Shown here: piece after piece, positions 22,353-31,892 of the stretch
How positions within the stretch are numbered: the first letter of the stretch is position 1
Layout: each line of letters opens with the position of its first letter
Assembly: GCA_043228905.1 (NCBI GenBank)
Contig: JBHGNT010000231.1
Coordinates: 1 to 47,600 of the forward strand
Direction of reading: 5' to 3'
Length of the DNA: 47,600 nt
DNA from: Azolla caroliniana
Lineage: Eukaryota; Plantae; Polypodiophyta
The notes under the pieces: generated by a model
Databases searched by the model: none
What the model was told of the DNA's origin: nothing
The model's input: the letters and a program-made list of their open reading frames with translations, nothing else
Translations under genes and position numbers: made by a program

Positions 22353-25130
22353 TCACTTTGGCATGGGATGTCTCTCCAATCCGATCCTCTTCCGGCATGC
22401 TTCCAGCTTGTCGGGTGTGAGCACCTTGGTCAGCATATCCGACCCGTTCTCGTCCGTGTGGATCTTCGTCAGCACGAACTCCTTGTCTTCTATCCTTTCC
22501 CGGATCCAGTGATATCTTCGCTGGATGTGTTTCGTCCGGGAATGGTAGGCCGCGTTCTTCGCAAGGTGGATGGCACTCTGACTGTCGCAGTAGAGTCGGT
22601 ACTCCTCCTGCCGGATACCGAGCTCTCTAATGAAGTCCTTCATCCATATTATTTCCTTGCCGGCTTCAACAGCTGCCATGTACTCCGCCTCCGTGGTTGA
22701 CAACGCAACCGTCTTCTGCAGCCTCGACTGCCACGAAACAGCTCCCCCTGCATACGTCATCACATACCCTGATGTGGACCGGCTGGTATCTGCATCAGCC
22801 GACATATCCGAATCGGTAAAGCCGTCGAGTTCGGGCTTACCGGAGCCGAATCGGAGGCACACGTTTGTCGTGCCCTTCAGGTATCGGAGTATCCACTTGA
22901 CCGCGTTCCAGTGCTCCTTGCCGGGATTACTCATATACCGGCTCACCACTCCTACTGCGTATCCAATGTCCGGTCTTGTACACACCATTGCGTACATCAA
23001 GCTTCCGACGGCAGAGGCATATGGTACTTTCATCATGTCCTCCTTCTCAACCTTTGTCTTGGGGCTTTGCTTGCTGGACAACTTGCAGTTTGCCGGGAGG
23101 GTTGAACCGACCGGTCTTGCTTCCGACATATTGAACCGGTGAAGCACCTTTGTCACATACTTCTCCTGTGACAGCCACAACTGCTTCTTCTTCCGGTCCC
23201 GGATGATGTGCATCCCTAGTATTTGCCTCGCCGGACCCAGGTCCTTCATTGAGAAGGTTCGGTGAAGTGCTTTCTTCAGCATCCGTATCTTGACCTGGTC
23301 CCGTCCGACGATCAACATGTCGTCCACGTACAGGAGGAGTATTAGAGAGTCTCCTCCTTCGAACTTCTTCACAAACACGCAGTGATCGGACTGCGTTTTG
23401 TGGTACCCTTCGTCGGTCATGAAAGAGTCGAACTTCCGGTACCATTGCCGGGGAGCCTGCTTCAGTCCGTAAAGGCTCTTCTTCAACCGGCATACCAGGT
23501 GCTCCTTCCCTTTCTTCTCGAATCCTTCCGGTTGCTGCATGTAGATCTCTTCTTCGAGGTCGCCGTGAAGGAATGCCGTCTTCACGTCCATCTGTTCTAC
23601 CTCGAGGTCCATGCTTGCCGCTATGCTCAGCACCGTCCGGATGGAGGTCATCTTCACTACCGGGGCAAATATCTCGTCGAAGTCGACGCCCTTCTTCTGC
23701 TGAAACCCCTTCACCACGATCCTGGCTTTGTATCTCGGGGGGTTTCCGGCATCTCCCGGTTTCAGCTTGAACACCCACTTGTTTCGAAGTGCCCGCTTTC
23801 CTTTCGGCAACTCCACAAGTTCATATGTGTGGTTCTCATGCAGGGAATCCATCTCGTCCTGCATGGCACTCAACCACCTGCGGCTCTGGGTGTCATGCTT
23901 TGCTTCTTCAAAGCTCTCCGGCTCCCCCTCGTCGGTTAGCAACAGGTGCTCTGGTTCCGGAAATCTCCGGGGGGCCCTTCTCTCTCTTAGAGGATATCTC
24001 CGTTCCGGGGCTTCGGTAACCGGTTCTTCCGATTCTTCTTCATCCAAATCTATTTCGGGATCGGGGCCGGTTCCGGTATCATTTTCATCTTCTTCGGCCG
24101 GTTCTGTTTCTTCACCGTCTTCGGCCGGATCCTCGAGTGCTAACCGGTCCCTTGCCGGTCGGGACTGCTCCTCGTAGAGTTGATCCTCACCGGTCGACTT
24201 GGAGCTCTTCATCTTCTTCTCCGACTCCCAGTCGGCGAGTGTCTTGTTCTCCATGAAGATGATATCACGACTCCGGAATATCTTCTTGTCGACCGGGTCC
24301 CATACTCGGTAGCCGAACTCGTCATCGCCGTAACCGAGGAATATGCATGGCCGGGTCTTTGGATCTAGCTTTCCTCTCCGGTCCTTTGCCACATGCACGT
24401 ATGCGAGACACCCGAACACCTTCAGATGCCGGTAGGATACTTCCCTACCGGTCCACACTCTCTGCGGCGTGTCTCCGTCCAAAGGTACTGAGGGTGATCT
24501 GTTTATCACGTATGTCGCCGTCGACATCGCCTCAGCCCAAAACCCCTTGGGTAATTCCGCATGCGCCAGCATACTCCGGACCCTCTCCATTATGGTCCGA
24601 TTCATCCTCTCGGCCAGCCCGTTCAGTTCCGGCGTCTTCGGCACAGTAAACTCGAGCCGGATTCCCTTCGAGCGACAGTACTCCTGGAACTGTCCCCGGT
24701 ATTCCCCTCCGTTATCCGCTCGTATCGCTTTCAGCTTCTTGCCGGATTCTCTTTCCACTCTCGCGTGGAGTTCTTTGAAGACGGACAACACTTGGTCCTT
24801 TGTCTTCATCGGTGCCGTCCACAGTCTTCGGCTATGATCATCTATGAATGTTACGAAGTACTGGGCTCCGCCATGTGACTTCGTTTCTACTTGACACACG
24901 TCAGTGTGCACCAACTCCAATGGTGCGCTACGTCTCGTCGGTGGCCTTGAGCGGAAGGAGGTCCGGTTTTGCTTACCGGCCAGGCAATCGGTGCACTTCT
25001 CCAGGTGCACGTGCTTCACTGGAATAAGGTTGTCTTCTGCAAGCCTCTTCATCCCCTTCTCACTCATGTGGCACAGTCTTTTGTGCCACAGCTCACCGGC
25101 AGTGTCGGCTGCCACATTCAGCTCTTCCGG
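22353..25130 (-). CDS. pol: Copia pol fragment: GAG-pre-integrase, integrase, RT, RNaseH (uninterrupted 920 aa, N-terminus lost)
   Basis: LWHKRLCH, IRADNGGEY, MDVKTAFLHG, LYGLKQAPRQW, YVDDML and ENGSDMLTK motifs in INT-RT-RH order. Confidence 0.93.
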   Translation of the reverse strand, partial: PEELNVAADTAGELWHKRLCHMSEKGMKRLAEDNLIPVKHVHLEKCTDCLAGKQNRTSFRSRPPTRRSAPLELVHTDVCQVETKSHGGAQYFVTFIDDHSRRLWTAPMKTKDQVLSVFKELHARVERESGKKLKAIRADNGGEYRGQFQEYCRSKGIRLEFTVPKTPELNGLAERMNRTIMERVRSMLAHAELPKGFWAEAMSTATYVINRSPSVPLDGDTPQRVWTGREVSYRHLKVFGCLAYVHVAKDRRGKLDPKTRPCIFLGYGDDEFGYRVWDPVDKKIFRSRDIIFMENKTLADWESEKKMKSSKSTGEDQLYEEQSRPARDRLALEDPAEDGEETEPAEEDENDTGTGPDPEIDLDEEESEEPVTEAPERRYPLRERRAPRRFPEPEHLLLTDEGEPESFEEAKHDTQSRRWLSAMQDEMDSLHENHTYELVELPKGKRALRNKWVFKLKPGDAGNPPRYKARIVVKGFQQKKGVDFDEIFAPVVKMTSIRTVLSIAASMDLEVEQMDVKTAFLHGDLEEEIYMQQPEGFEKKGKEHLVCRLKKSLYGLKQAPRQWYRKFDSFMTDEGYHKTQSDHCVFVKKFEGGDSLILLLYVDDMLIVGRDQVKIRMLKKALHRTFSMKDLGPARQILGMHIIRDRKKKQLWLSQEKYVTKVLHRFNMSEARPVGSTLPANCKLSSKQSPKTKVEKEDMMKVPYASAVGSLMYAMVCTRPDIGYAVGVVSRYMSNPGKEHWNAVKWILRYLKGTTNVCLRFGSGKPELDGFTDSDMSADADTSRSTSGYVMTYAGGAVSWQSRLQKTVALSTTEAEYMAAVEAGKEIIWMKDFIRELGIRQEEYRLYCDSQSAIHLAKNAAYHSRTKHIQRRYHWIRERIEDKEFVLTKIHTDENGSDMLTKVLTPDKLEACRKRIGLERHPMPK

Positions 25131-25527
25131 TTTAGGGTTTAGGGTATGACTTAGGGCAAACAGTTTTGTAGTTGCTTCTTATTTTTCTGTTTTTCCACTC
25201 AAGAGGAGTGAAGAGAGAGCAGCCGTGAGAGAGATAGAGCGTGAGAGAGGAGGAGGTCGACGCCTCTGTGTATTTCCGCCGCCTGTGGCGAGGACAACGA
25301 GCTCAAGGTCGTCGCCTTGCAGCTCGCCATTGTATATTTCTCTGTGCATAGTGTTTGGTTTGGAGTCTTGTACTCCCGTGGTTTTTTCCCGTCTAGGGTT
25401 TTCCACGTTAATCCCTATGTATTCGTGTTCTTTCTCTGTGGTTCCTATTTTCTGCTGCATTGATTCGTGCTTACTCGGTTGTGGCCGAGTGGTGAAGGTT
25501 AATCGGAGCGTCGATTTCTCTACAAAC

Positions 25528-25539
25528 TGGTATCAGAGC
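25528..25539 (+). promoter_or_regulatory. Primer-binding site, initiator tRNA-Met
   Basis: TGGTATCAGAGC lies 3 nt after the LTR end ...TCTACA at 25524. Confidence 0.92.
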
Positions 25540-25553
25540 GACTGCTGCAGAAA

Positions 25554-26147
25554 ATGGAAGGCGGCGGCAGCGGGCAGTCGGGGATGATGGTGCTGAATGC
25601 GCAGAATTACGCCGACTGGAAGATCAAGATGGAGGATCTTCTGATTGTTCGGGACCTGTACGAACCGATCGACAGGTCGGAAATACCGAAGGGGGTACTT
25701 GAGTCGGAATGGAGGCTTCTGAACCGGAAAGCCGTAGCAACCATTCGGCAATACGTAGACGTGAGCGTTCTACAACATGTGGCGAACGACACCAACGCAT
25801 ATGAGATGTGGCGGAAGCTGTCGGGCCTCTACGAGAGGAAGAATGCGTTGAACCGGACCTCCCTGATGAGGAAGATAGTGAACCTCAAGTACCGGGACGG
25901 CGAGAGTATGGTGGAACACGTAAGCACGTTCATGGGATTCGTGAACCAGCTTGCGGCGATCAAGTTCCCGTTGGAGGATGCAATGCAAGCCATCATCCTG
26001 ATGTGTACATTGCCGGAAAGCTGGGAGAACTTGGTGGTGACTCTCAGCACCTCCTGCACCGAAGATAACTTGTCCCTACAAACGGTAAAGACAAGTATTT
26101 TGAACGAAGAAGCGCGTCGGAGAGATAAAGAACCGGCCTCCGACTAA
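25554..26147 (+). CDS. gag: Copia gag N-terminal part (UBN2-type), truncated before the zinc knuckle
   Basis: LNAQNYADWKIKMEDLL, W..L..LYE and LPESWENLV motifs. The stop codon is supplied by LTR sequence at the inversion junction. Confidence 0.88.
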   Translation: MEGGGSGQSGMMVLNAQNYADWKIKMEDLLIVRDLYEPIDRSEIPKGVLESEWRLLNRKAVATIRQYVDVSVLQHVANDTNAYEMWRKLSGLYERKNALNRTSLMRKIVNLKYRDGESMVEHVSTFMGFVNQLAAIKFPLEDAMQAIILMCTLPESWENLVVTLSTSCTEDNLSLQTVKTSILNEEARRRDKEPASD

Positions 26148-26591
26148 GTCATATTTATACACATATGACTTTCGGGCTATTTACAAATATAGCCTCAAGG
26201 GCCCTTGGCAAACATATTCACAAATATGTCCCCGCATCCGGATCTCTCTCCGGGTACATTCGTCATCCGGCTCCGTAGCCGGGTCTTCATCATCCGGCTC
26301 CGTAACCGCAACCGGGCTTGCCGTCATTCATCTCCGGACATCCCATCCGGAGGGACCGAAATCCCAACAAGTACGAGGTTGCCGCCATCCTTGATTCCAA
26401 GCTTGTTCACAACAAGCTCTACTATCTAGTCGACTGGCTAGGATATAGTCCCAGCGACCGTACTTGGGAACCGATAGAGAATGTCACCAATGCTCGTGCT
26501 CTTCTTGAAGACTTCCATCTTCAATATCCAGACAAACTGGGTCCTCAATCCAAAACGACTCGTTACACTCGTCGTTTTAAAGGGGGGATAG

Positions 26592-26878
26592 TGTCATGAT
26601 ATTGCAAGACTCGAACCCATGACCTTATACTACATGGGTCGAGCTCTCAACCATTAGACTATACATTGTAATACATAGATATTATTTTCATTTATGTTTT
26701 ATTATAGAAAATTGATGTATATTCCAGATTTCTCTGGAACATTCTAGAAACTTCAGGAGTATTCCTTAGAACACTATAAAAGGAGGCACAAGGCATTATT
26801 TCGAACCAAATCGGTTCAACGCCAGTCTTAAGCCTCCTAGCTACTGTACATTTTCTTCACATAATATATATCTTTTCC

Positions 26879-26909
<31 letters not shown>

Positions 26910-27012
26910 CCTCTCACTCACTCTTTCCTTCTCTCGAGAGTTCTTCACCTCTCTTAGTACTAATACTTCTTTTAGTACTAATTCCTTCTCTGTCTTAGTA
27001 CTGTTCCTGACA
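26592..27012 (+). repeat. 3' LTR of the Tcn1-like chromovirus
   Basis: TGTCA...TGACA termini, follows a PPT, TATAAAA at about 26775 and a CT microsatellite. Confidence 0.85.
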
Positions 27013-27433
27013 ATCACCCATGCGCGCAAGGGAGCAAGATGGAGATTCTACCGGAAGCACACGGGTGATCCACGGAGCAGAATCAGCCTCTTGAGAACCT
27101 GCGCAAAAGAAAGCTATGGAGAACGACAGAGAAGAAGAACTCGGTCCCAGTCCGACAGCACTTCGTCCCCTCTCGGGCGCGATACCTTCTCTCCCCCGTC
27201 TCCCTCTCTTTTATAGCTCAAGGAGGGAGACCGTTTTCACCTGTTTACATCACATTAATTCTCTGTCCTTTCGGACAGAGATACTCCTCGATTCTCCCTA
27301 TAGAATATTGCTACCTAGGATTTGACTTTTGTGCCTACCTATCTACTATACAACAAGGGGCGTGCCCACGTGTAAGGGCCGGTTCACACGCGCTATACAC
27401 AGTTTGCGTCTGGGGATGGTTTTCTTCACGACA
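27013..27433 (-). mobile_element. 5' half of an LTR of the tRNA-Trp Gypsy family
   Basis: The reverse complement begins TGTCGTGAAGAAAACC and aligns by eye with 12794-13172, e.g. the shared CCTCCTTGAGCTATAAAAGAGAGGGAG. Confidence 0.85.
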
Positions 27434-28254
27434 ACGGTTTTGTGGACCTTTTACAATCCTCGAATGCATTGGTTCATTAGTATATCATCTCGCTCTTCCT
27501 GATGGCTATGAAATCCATCCAGTTTTTCATGTAAGTCGTCTAAGAGAACTTCTTCGTTCTGGTGACAATACAATGACAACTGAAACTCTGGTTACTTCTG
27601 AAGAATTAGCTTCTAAACTACATGTACCAGAAAGAATTCTTGATGTTAAAACAAAAAATTTGTGTTCTAAAATAATCCGAGAATTTAAAATAAAATGGAT
27701 GGATAACTTTATCAAAGATGCCACATGGGAACGCGAAAATACTCTTAGAATTAACTTCCCTAACTTTCCATTGCAAGAGTGCAATGTTTTAAAGAGGGGG
27801 GAGTATGTTACGGGCATGACCATATCCTATGGTAAGTTTATCATAGTATTCTATACACGTGGATAAAGTGTGAGGGTTAAACGAGAGTGTAAAGAAGGAA
27901 AGGATTACTTTTAATCCTTGGGATAGGGACGACCCATTAGGCCAAGTGTGAACTTGCTTGGGGGCCTTAAGTCTGGCTATAAATATGAGGCCTAGCTACC
28001 CTCATTTGACATGTTATCGACTACATCAAGATTCCGTCATTGTGGTGGGTCAACTCTTGTAGCGAGCGCGCCAGCACCAGGTACGACTCGACGCCACGAC
28101 GGTGGTATGGGACGCCGATCGAGGCTTGAGTCCGTCTCGATCTCTTCGCTTAGGGGTGATCAAGTGGATCAGTACCCTTCTTTCTCTCTCTCCTTTCTTA
28201 TTTTATATCTATTATATCCTTATCTCAAGCTTACATTAGTCGCTAGTTGTAACA
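27434..28254 (+). mobile_element. 3' end of an older chromovirus Gypsy element (integrase C-terminus, chromodomain, PPT, LTR)
   Basis: RFCGPF..IHPVFHVSRL and PERILD..KIKW..DATWE motifs. PPT AAAGAGGGGGGAGTA. LTR 27806-28254 with TGTTAC...GTAACA termini. Confidence 0.85.
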
Positions 28255-28365
28255 CGTCACCTTCAAAAAACCGCTTCATACCCATCCATATCTTTTTGGT
28301 AGAGTATCTCAAATCGTCTCGCCAACTTGAGATACTCCATTGCTCCCTCCTTTTCATCCTACAAT

Positions 28366-29180
28366 ATTTTTATTTTTATTTTTCCCAAAAAAAAACTCCT
28401 TCCATTAGTTATAAAATTTTATAGATGAGAGTATTATATACAAATCCTTGTAGGGACACTATAGTTCCATTGCATGTGGATGCCACAAACTCAAGAAAGG
28501 GAGAGGATGACCATTGTTGGATAAAGGCCAGTCGTTGTCTTTCAACTCCATCGGAGCCGCCCTTGAGGCCATCATATTGGCTCTTTAGACTGGCTACAAC
28601 TTCACTCCATCTTTCTTGCATTAACATTATTGGATGCATGGTTTGGTTGGAGAAGACTCGTCTACACCGTTGTTTCCATAGAATACAGATCTGAGTTATT
28701 GGGTTGACCAATTCCACCACAACTTGAGATTTGGCATTAATCGGAGTTGAGTGGATATTGCCAATGTTGGAAAAAAAAACCTCTTGTGCTTTTATCACAA
28801 AAGTCATCCCCTCCTCTTGATGCTCGTACCTGCAACTCGATTGGGGCCTGCCATGATAACCAACTTACATTTCCCCACTTGATTGTGCCCTGCACCTGGC
28901 ATAATTGCAATAGGCGGCCAACCCCCCACCATATTCAATGGGTCTTTGGGCAGTCCCACAGAGCGTGTTGTATTGGTATGTTGCATTTGGGCAAAATACA
29001 CAATTAGGCGAGCTAAGGTTCCCACGCTGCCACGCTCCAACTGGTAGTGCAATATTATTTCGATAACCTTCCTTACCTATGGAAGAATTAAGTGCTTTGG
29101 GCCACCTTTTATTATTATAAACTCCTCCATGTTGTACGTCACCAAGACCGCATCCATCATCCGTGATGCCTTCATCTACC
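28366..29180 (-). mobile_element. Degenerate L1-type LINE 3' fragment (ORF2 C-terminal zf-RVT region)
   Basis: Across frameshifts the minus strand gives ALPVG..CVFCPN..IQHALWDCP..IW and ILWKQRCRRVF. A T-rich tract at 28366-28383 may be a decayed poly(A). Confidence 0.65.
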
Positions 29181-29835
29181 ACCCTACATTGTTCATGTCA
29201 GCTTCACTAAATTTGTTGTGAAGCGCGCATCACACATGCATAGACAAGCACTAGACCTCTATCCACAAGTGGCAATGGAGGAAAGAAAAGATGGTTCAAA
29301 AGGATTATTTTTATAAACATAGGTCTTAAACCCACAAACTTTGAGATAGATCAAATCATCTCCACCAATGGACCAAACACAATCCTTACAAAAGCGCGCG
29401 CACTCAAAGAAACAGGACCAACAATCCTCGTTATTGTTGCATCAACAATCAACATCAGGCGTCAGATTCTCATTGGGAAGCAGGACCAACTCTTGAATAA
29501 GCAAAAAAGAAGAAGCAATCTAGCAGCTTTGGGTGGCTTTGTCAAGCACAGGCTTGGAGGACTATAGAGGCATCACAGTTTTGTCGCTATTGGAACCGTA
29601 GAGCTCTCAAGCACTAGATCTTCAGAAATTCTCGATATTTGCATACATACTTTACAACCCATATACGACTACTACTACTACTGATTATATTGCGATAAAA
29701 CCTTAGGGGGGCCAAACATATATAGTTGGAATGAAACCAAGTGTTCCATATGTGTGGGATGAAGGACATTGAGTTGTTTCTTGCATGCTGAGATTTGGGC
29801 GTCCGGACATTTCTGAGTGCAAGTGTGAAACGGAT

Positions 29836-29869
29836 TTAGGGTTTCTGTTGACAGCAGCGATGGAGGTAG

Positions 29870-29901
<32 letters not shown>

Positions 29902-30211
29902 TTTATTTTTTCATGGATTAAAACCAGGATGGACAGACAGAGAAGACCAAGCAGGATCAAAGCTTTCGCACCTCTTGCCTCTGGAAATTGTGGTATTTTT
30001 TCCGATTTTGTTTTGTTTTGTTTTGTTTTGTATGGATGGTCTTATGGATTCTAATGCTTCTGAGCTTCCACCATTTCAATGAGTTAGTTTACTTTTGTAC
30101 GTTTGGAATTTATTCATCTGCTTCTGCTTCAAAGATGTAAGCACCCCCCCCTGCGGCTCTCTCTCGGCTTGTTTGAGCCGTAGGGCATGATATAAGCTTC
30201 CTCTAGGGTTT
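29836..30211. promoter_or_regulatory. Telo-box motifs upstream of the snoRNA cluster
   Basis: TTAGGGTTT at 29836-29844 and TAGGGTTT at 30204-30211. Telo-boxes are typical of plant snoRNA and ribosomal-protein promoters. Confidence 0.4.
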
Positions 30212-30347
30212 TGTTTTGATTGGGGAATGCTTGCACATGTTGTCATCTCCATCCTCAACGGCGTAAATTTGATTTTTGTTCGACCTTGATACTTTAGCAT
30301 GATCTTTAGTAATATGCTGATGCATATCTAGCCTGTCCAAGCGGTGT

Positions 30348-30382
<35 letters not shown>

Positions 30383-30692
30383 GAATGCGTAATTAAGTCC
30401 TCCAAAATCCTGTCTTGTAGATTACTCAGATAAGATTCGCTCACATTTTGCCTACATTATATCTCTAGGTTAAATATCCTCAATAAGATCTAACCTGGTT
30501 ATATATGTAAAATGTTCGAGGTTCTATATATATTGTCTGAAAAGACTCCTTTGATAAGATTTACTCACATCTTAACGTCAAATATATCTTCTTGGTGCTC
30601 AATTTCGATTATGAAAGAGCCCTGAAACCTAATCTCAGGTATTTTTTCGCAATCCATACCTCTCCGTTCATTCTTTGAACAACGCTGTTTTA

Positions 30693-30828
30693 ATCTGATG
30701 ATGATACTTTGTGAAAGGCTTGTTTCTCAAAAACATTCGCAGTGGCCGCCTAAGAGCTTTCGCTTTTCTTTGTGAAAGAGCTTGAGAGCTAATGCTGCTT
30801 TCACACCCTTCCTTGGATATCTGAAGAT
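30693..30828 (+). ncRNA. U14: U14 box C/D snoRNA, copy 1
   Basis: Box C ATGATGA, domain A CATTCGCAGT (complementary to 18S ACUGCGAAUG), plant-type central AAGAGCTTTCGC region, domain B CCTTCCTTGGAT (complementary to 18S AUCCAAGGAAGG), box D CTGA, terminal stem ATCT/AGAT. Confidence 0.93.
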
Positions 30829-31092
30829 CCTCCATCAATTTGCCTGATATTTCGTTTCTTCATCTGCCTTAGTTTATACCTCTATAAGTAATAGTGGAAG
30901 TGGAGACGTAGTTTTTCTAGGTCCTATAAATCCTGTCTGAAAAGGCTCCTTTGATAATATTTACTCACATTTTAACACCAAATACATCTTCTTGGCGCTC
31001 AATTTCGATTATGAAAGAGCCCTGAAACCTAATCTCAGGTATTTTTTCGCAATCCATACCTCTCCCTTCATTCTTTGAATAACGCTGCTTTA

Positions 31093-31228
31093 ATCTGATG
31101 ATGATACTTTGTGAAAGGCTTGTTTCTCAAAAACATTCGCAGTGGCCGCCTAAGAGTTTTCGCTTTTCTTTGTGAAAGAGCTTGAGAGCTAATGCTGCTT
31201 TCACACCCTTCCTTGGATATCTGAAGAT
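31093..31228 (+). ncRNA. U14: U14 box C/D snoRNA, copy 2
   Basis: Same elements as copy 1, with one C>T in the central region (AAGAGTTTTCGC). Confidence 0.93.
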
Positions 31229-31492
31229 CCTCCATCAATTTGCCTGATATTTCGTTTCTTCATCTGCCTTAGTTTATACCTCTATAAGTAATAGTGGAAG
31301 TGGAGACGTAGTTTTTCTAGGTCCTATAAATCCTGTCTGAAAAGGCTCCTTTGATAATATTTACTCACATTTTAACACCAAATACATCTTCTTGGCGCTC
31401 AATTTCGATTATGAAAGAGCCCTGAAACCTAATCTCAGGTATTTTTTCGCAATCCATACCTCTCCCTTCATTCTTTGAATAACGCTGCTTTA

Positions 31493-31628
31493 ATCTGATG
31501 ATGATACTTTGTGAAAGGCTTGTTTCTCAAAAACATTCGCAGTGGCCGCCTAAGAGCTTTCGCTTTTCTTTGTGAAAGAGCTTGAGAGCTAATGCTGCTT
31601 TCACACCCTTCCTTGGATATCTGAAGAT
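31493..31628 (+). ncRNA. U14: U14 box C/D snoRNA, copy 3
   Basis: Same elements as copy 1. Confidence 0.93.
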
Positions 31629-31892
31629 CGTCCTTTAATTTCCCTGATATTTCGTTTCTTCATCTGCCTTAGTTTATACCTCTAGAAGTAATAGTGGTAA
31701 TGGAGATGTAATTGTCGTATGTCCTATAAATCCTGTCTGAAAAGGCTCCTTTGATAAGATTTACTCACATCTTAACGTCAAATATATCTTCTTGGTGCTC
31801 AATTTCGATTATGAAAGAGCCCTGAAACCTAATCTCAGGTATTTTTTCGCAATCCATACCTCTCCCTTCATTCTTTGAATAACGCTGCTTTA

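Larger units (their letters stand above)
21719..26369 (-). mobile_element. Ty1/Copia LTR retrotransposon (Tnt1/Tork-like) with an internal inversion and deletion
   Basis: 5-bp TSD AGTAC at 21714-21718 and 26370-26374. 3' LTR at 21719-22342 with adjacent PPT. pol is on the minus strand, while part of the 5' LTR, the PBS and gag (25145-26143) are on the plus strand. The rest of the 5' LTR is at 26144-26369. Confidence 0.93.
19289..27012 (+). mobile_element. Chromovirus Ty3/Gypsy (Tcn1-like), 5'-truncated, interrupted by a Copia at 21719-26369
   Basis: RT (MPFGLTNAPAVFQ, YLDD), RNaseH (EADASDFALG), integrase (SDRGPQF, LGPFRI) and chromodomain (EYEVAAILD..YYLVDWLGY..TWEP) split by the Copia. PPT AAAGGGGGGATAG. 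LTR 26592-27012. Several stops and frameshifts. Confidence 0.88.

Noticed and set aside
21719-25524. RT-encoding element with 380-bp inverted terminal repeats (DIRS-like or a novel class)
   Set aside because: The protein is an ordinary Copia DDE integrase-RT-RH. The outer TSD and the leftover LTR half at 26144-26369 show a normal LTR element with a secondary inversion.
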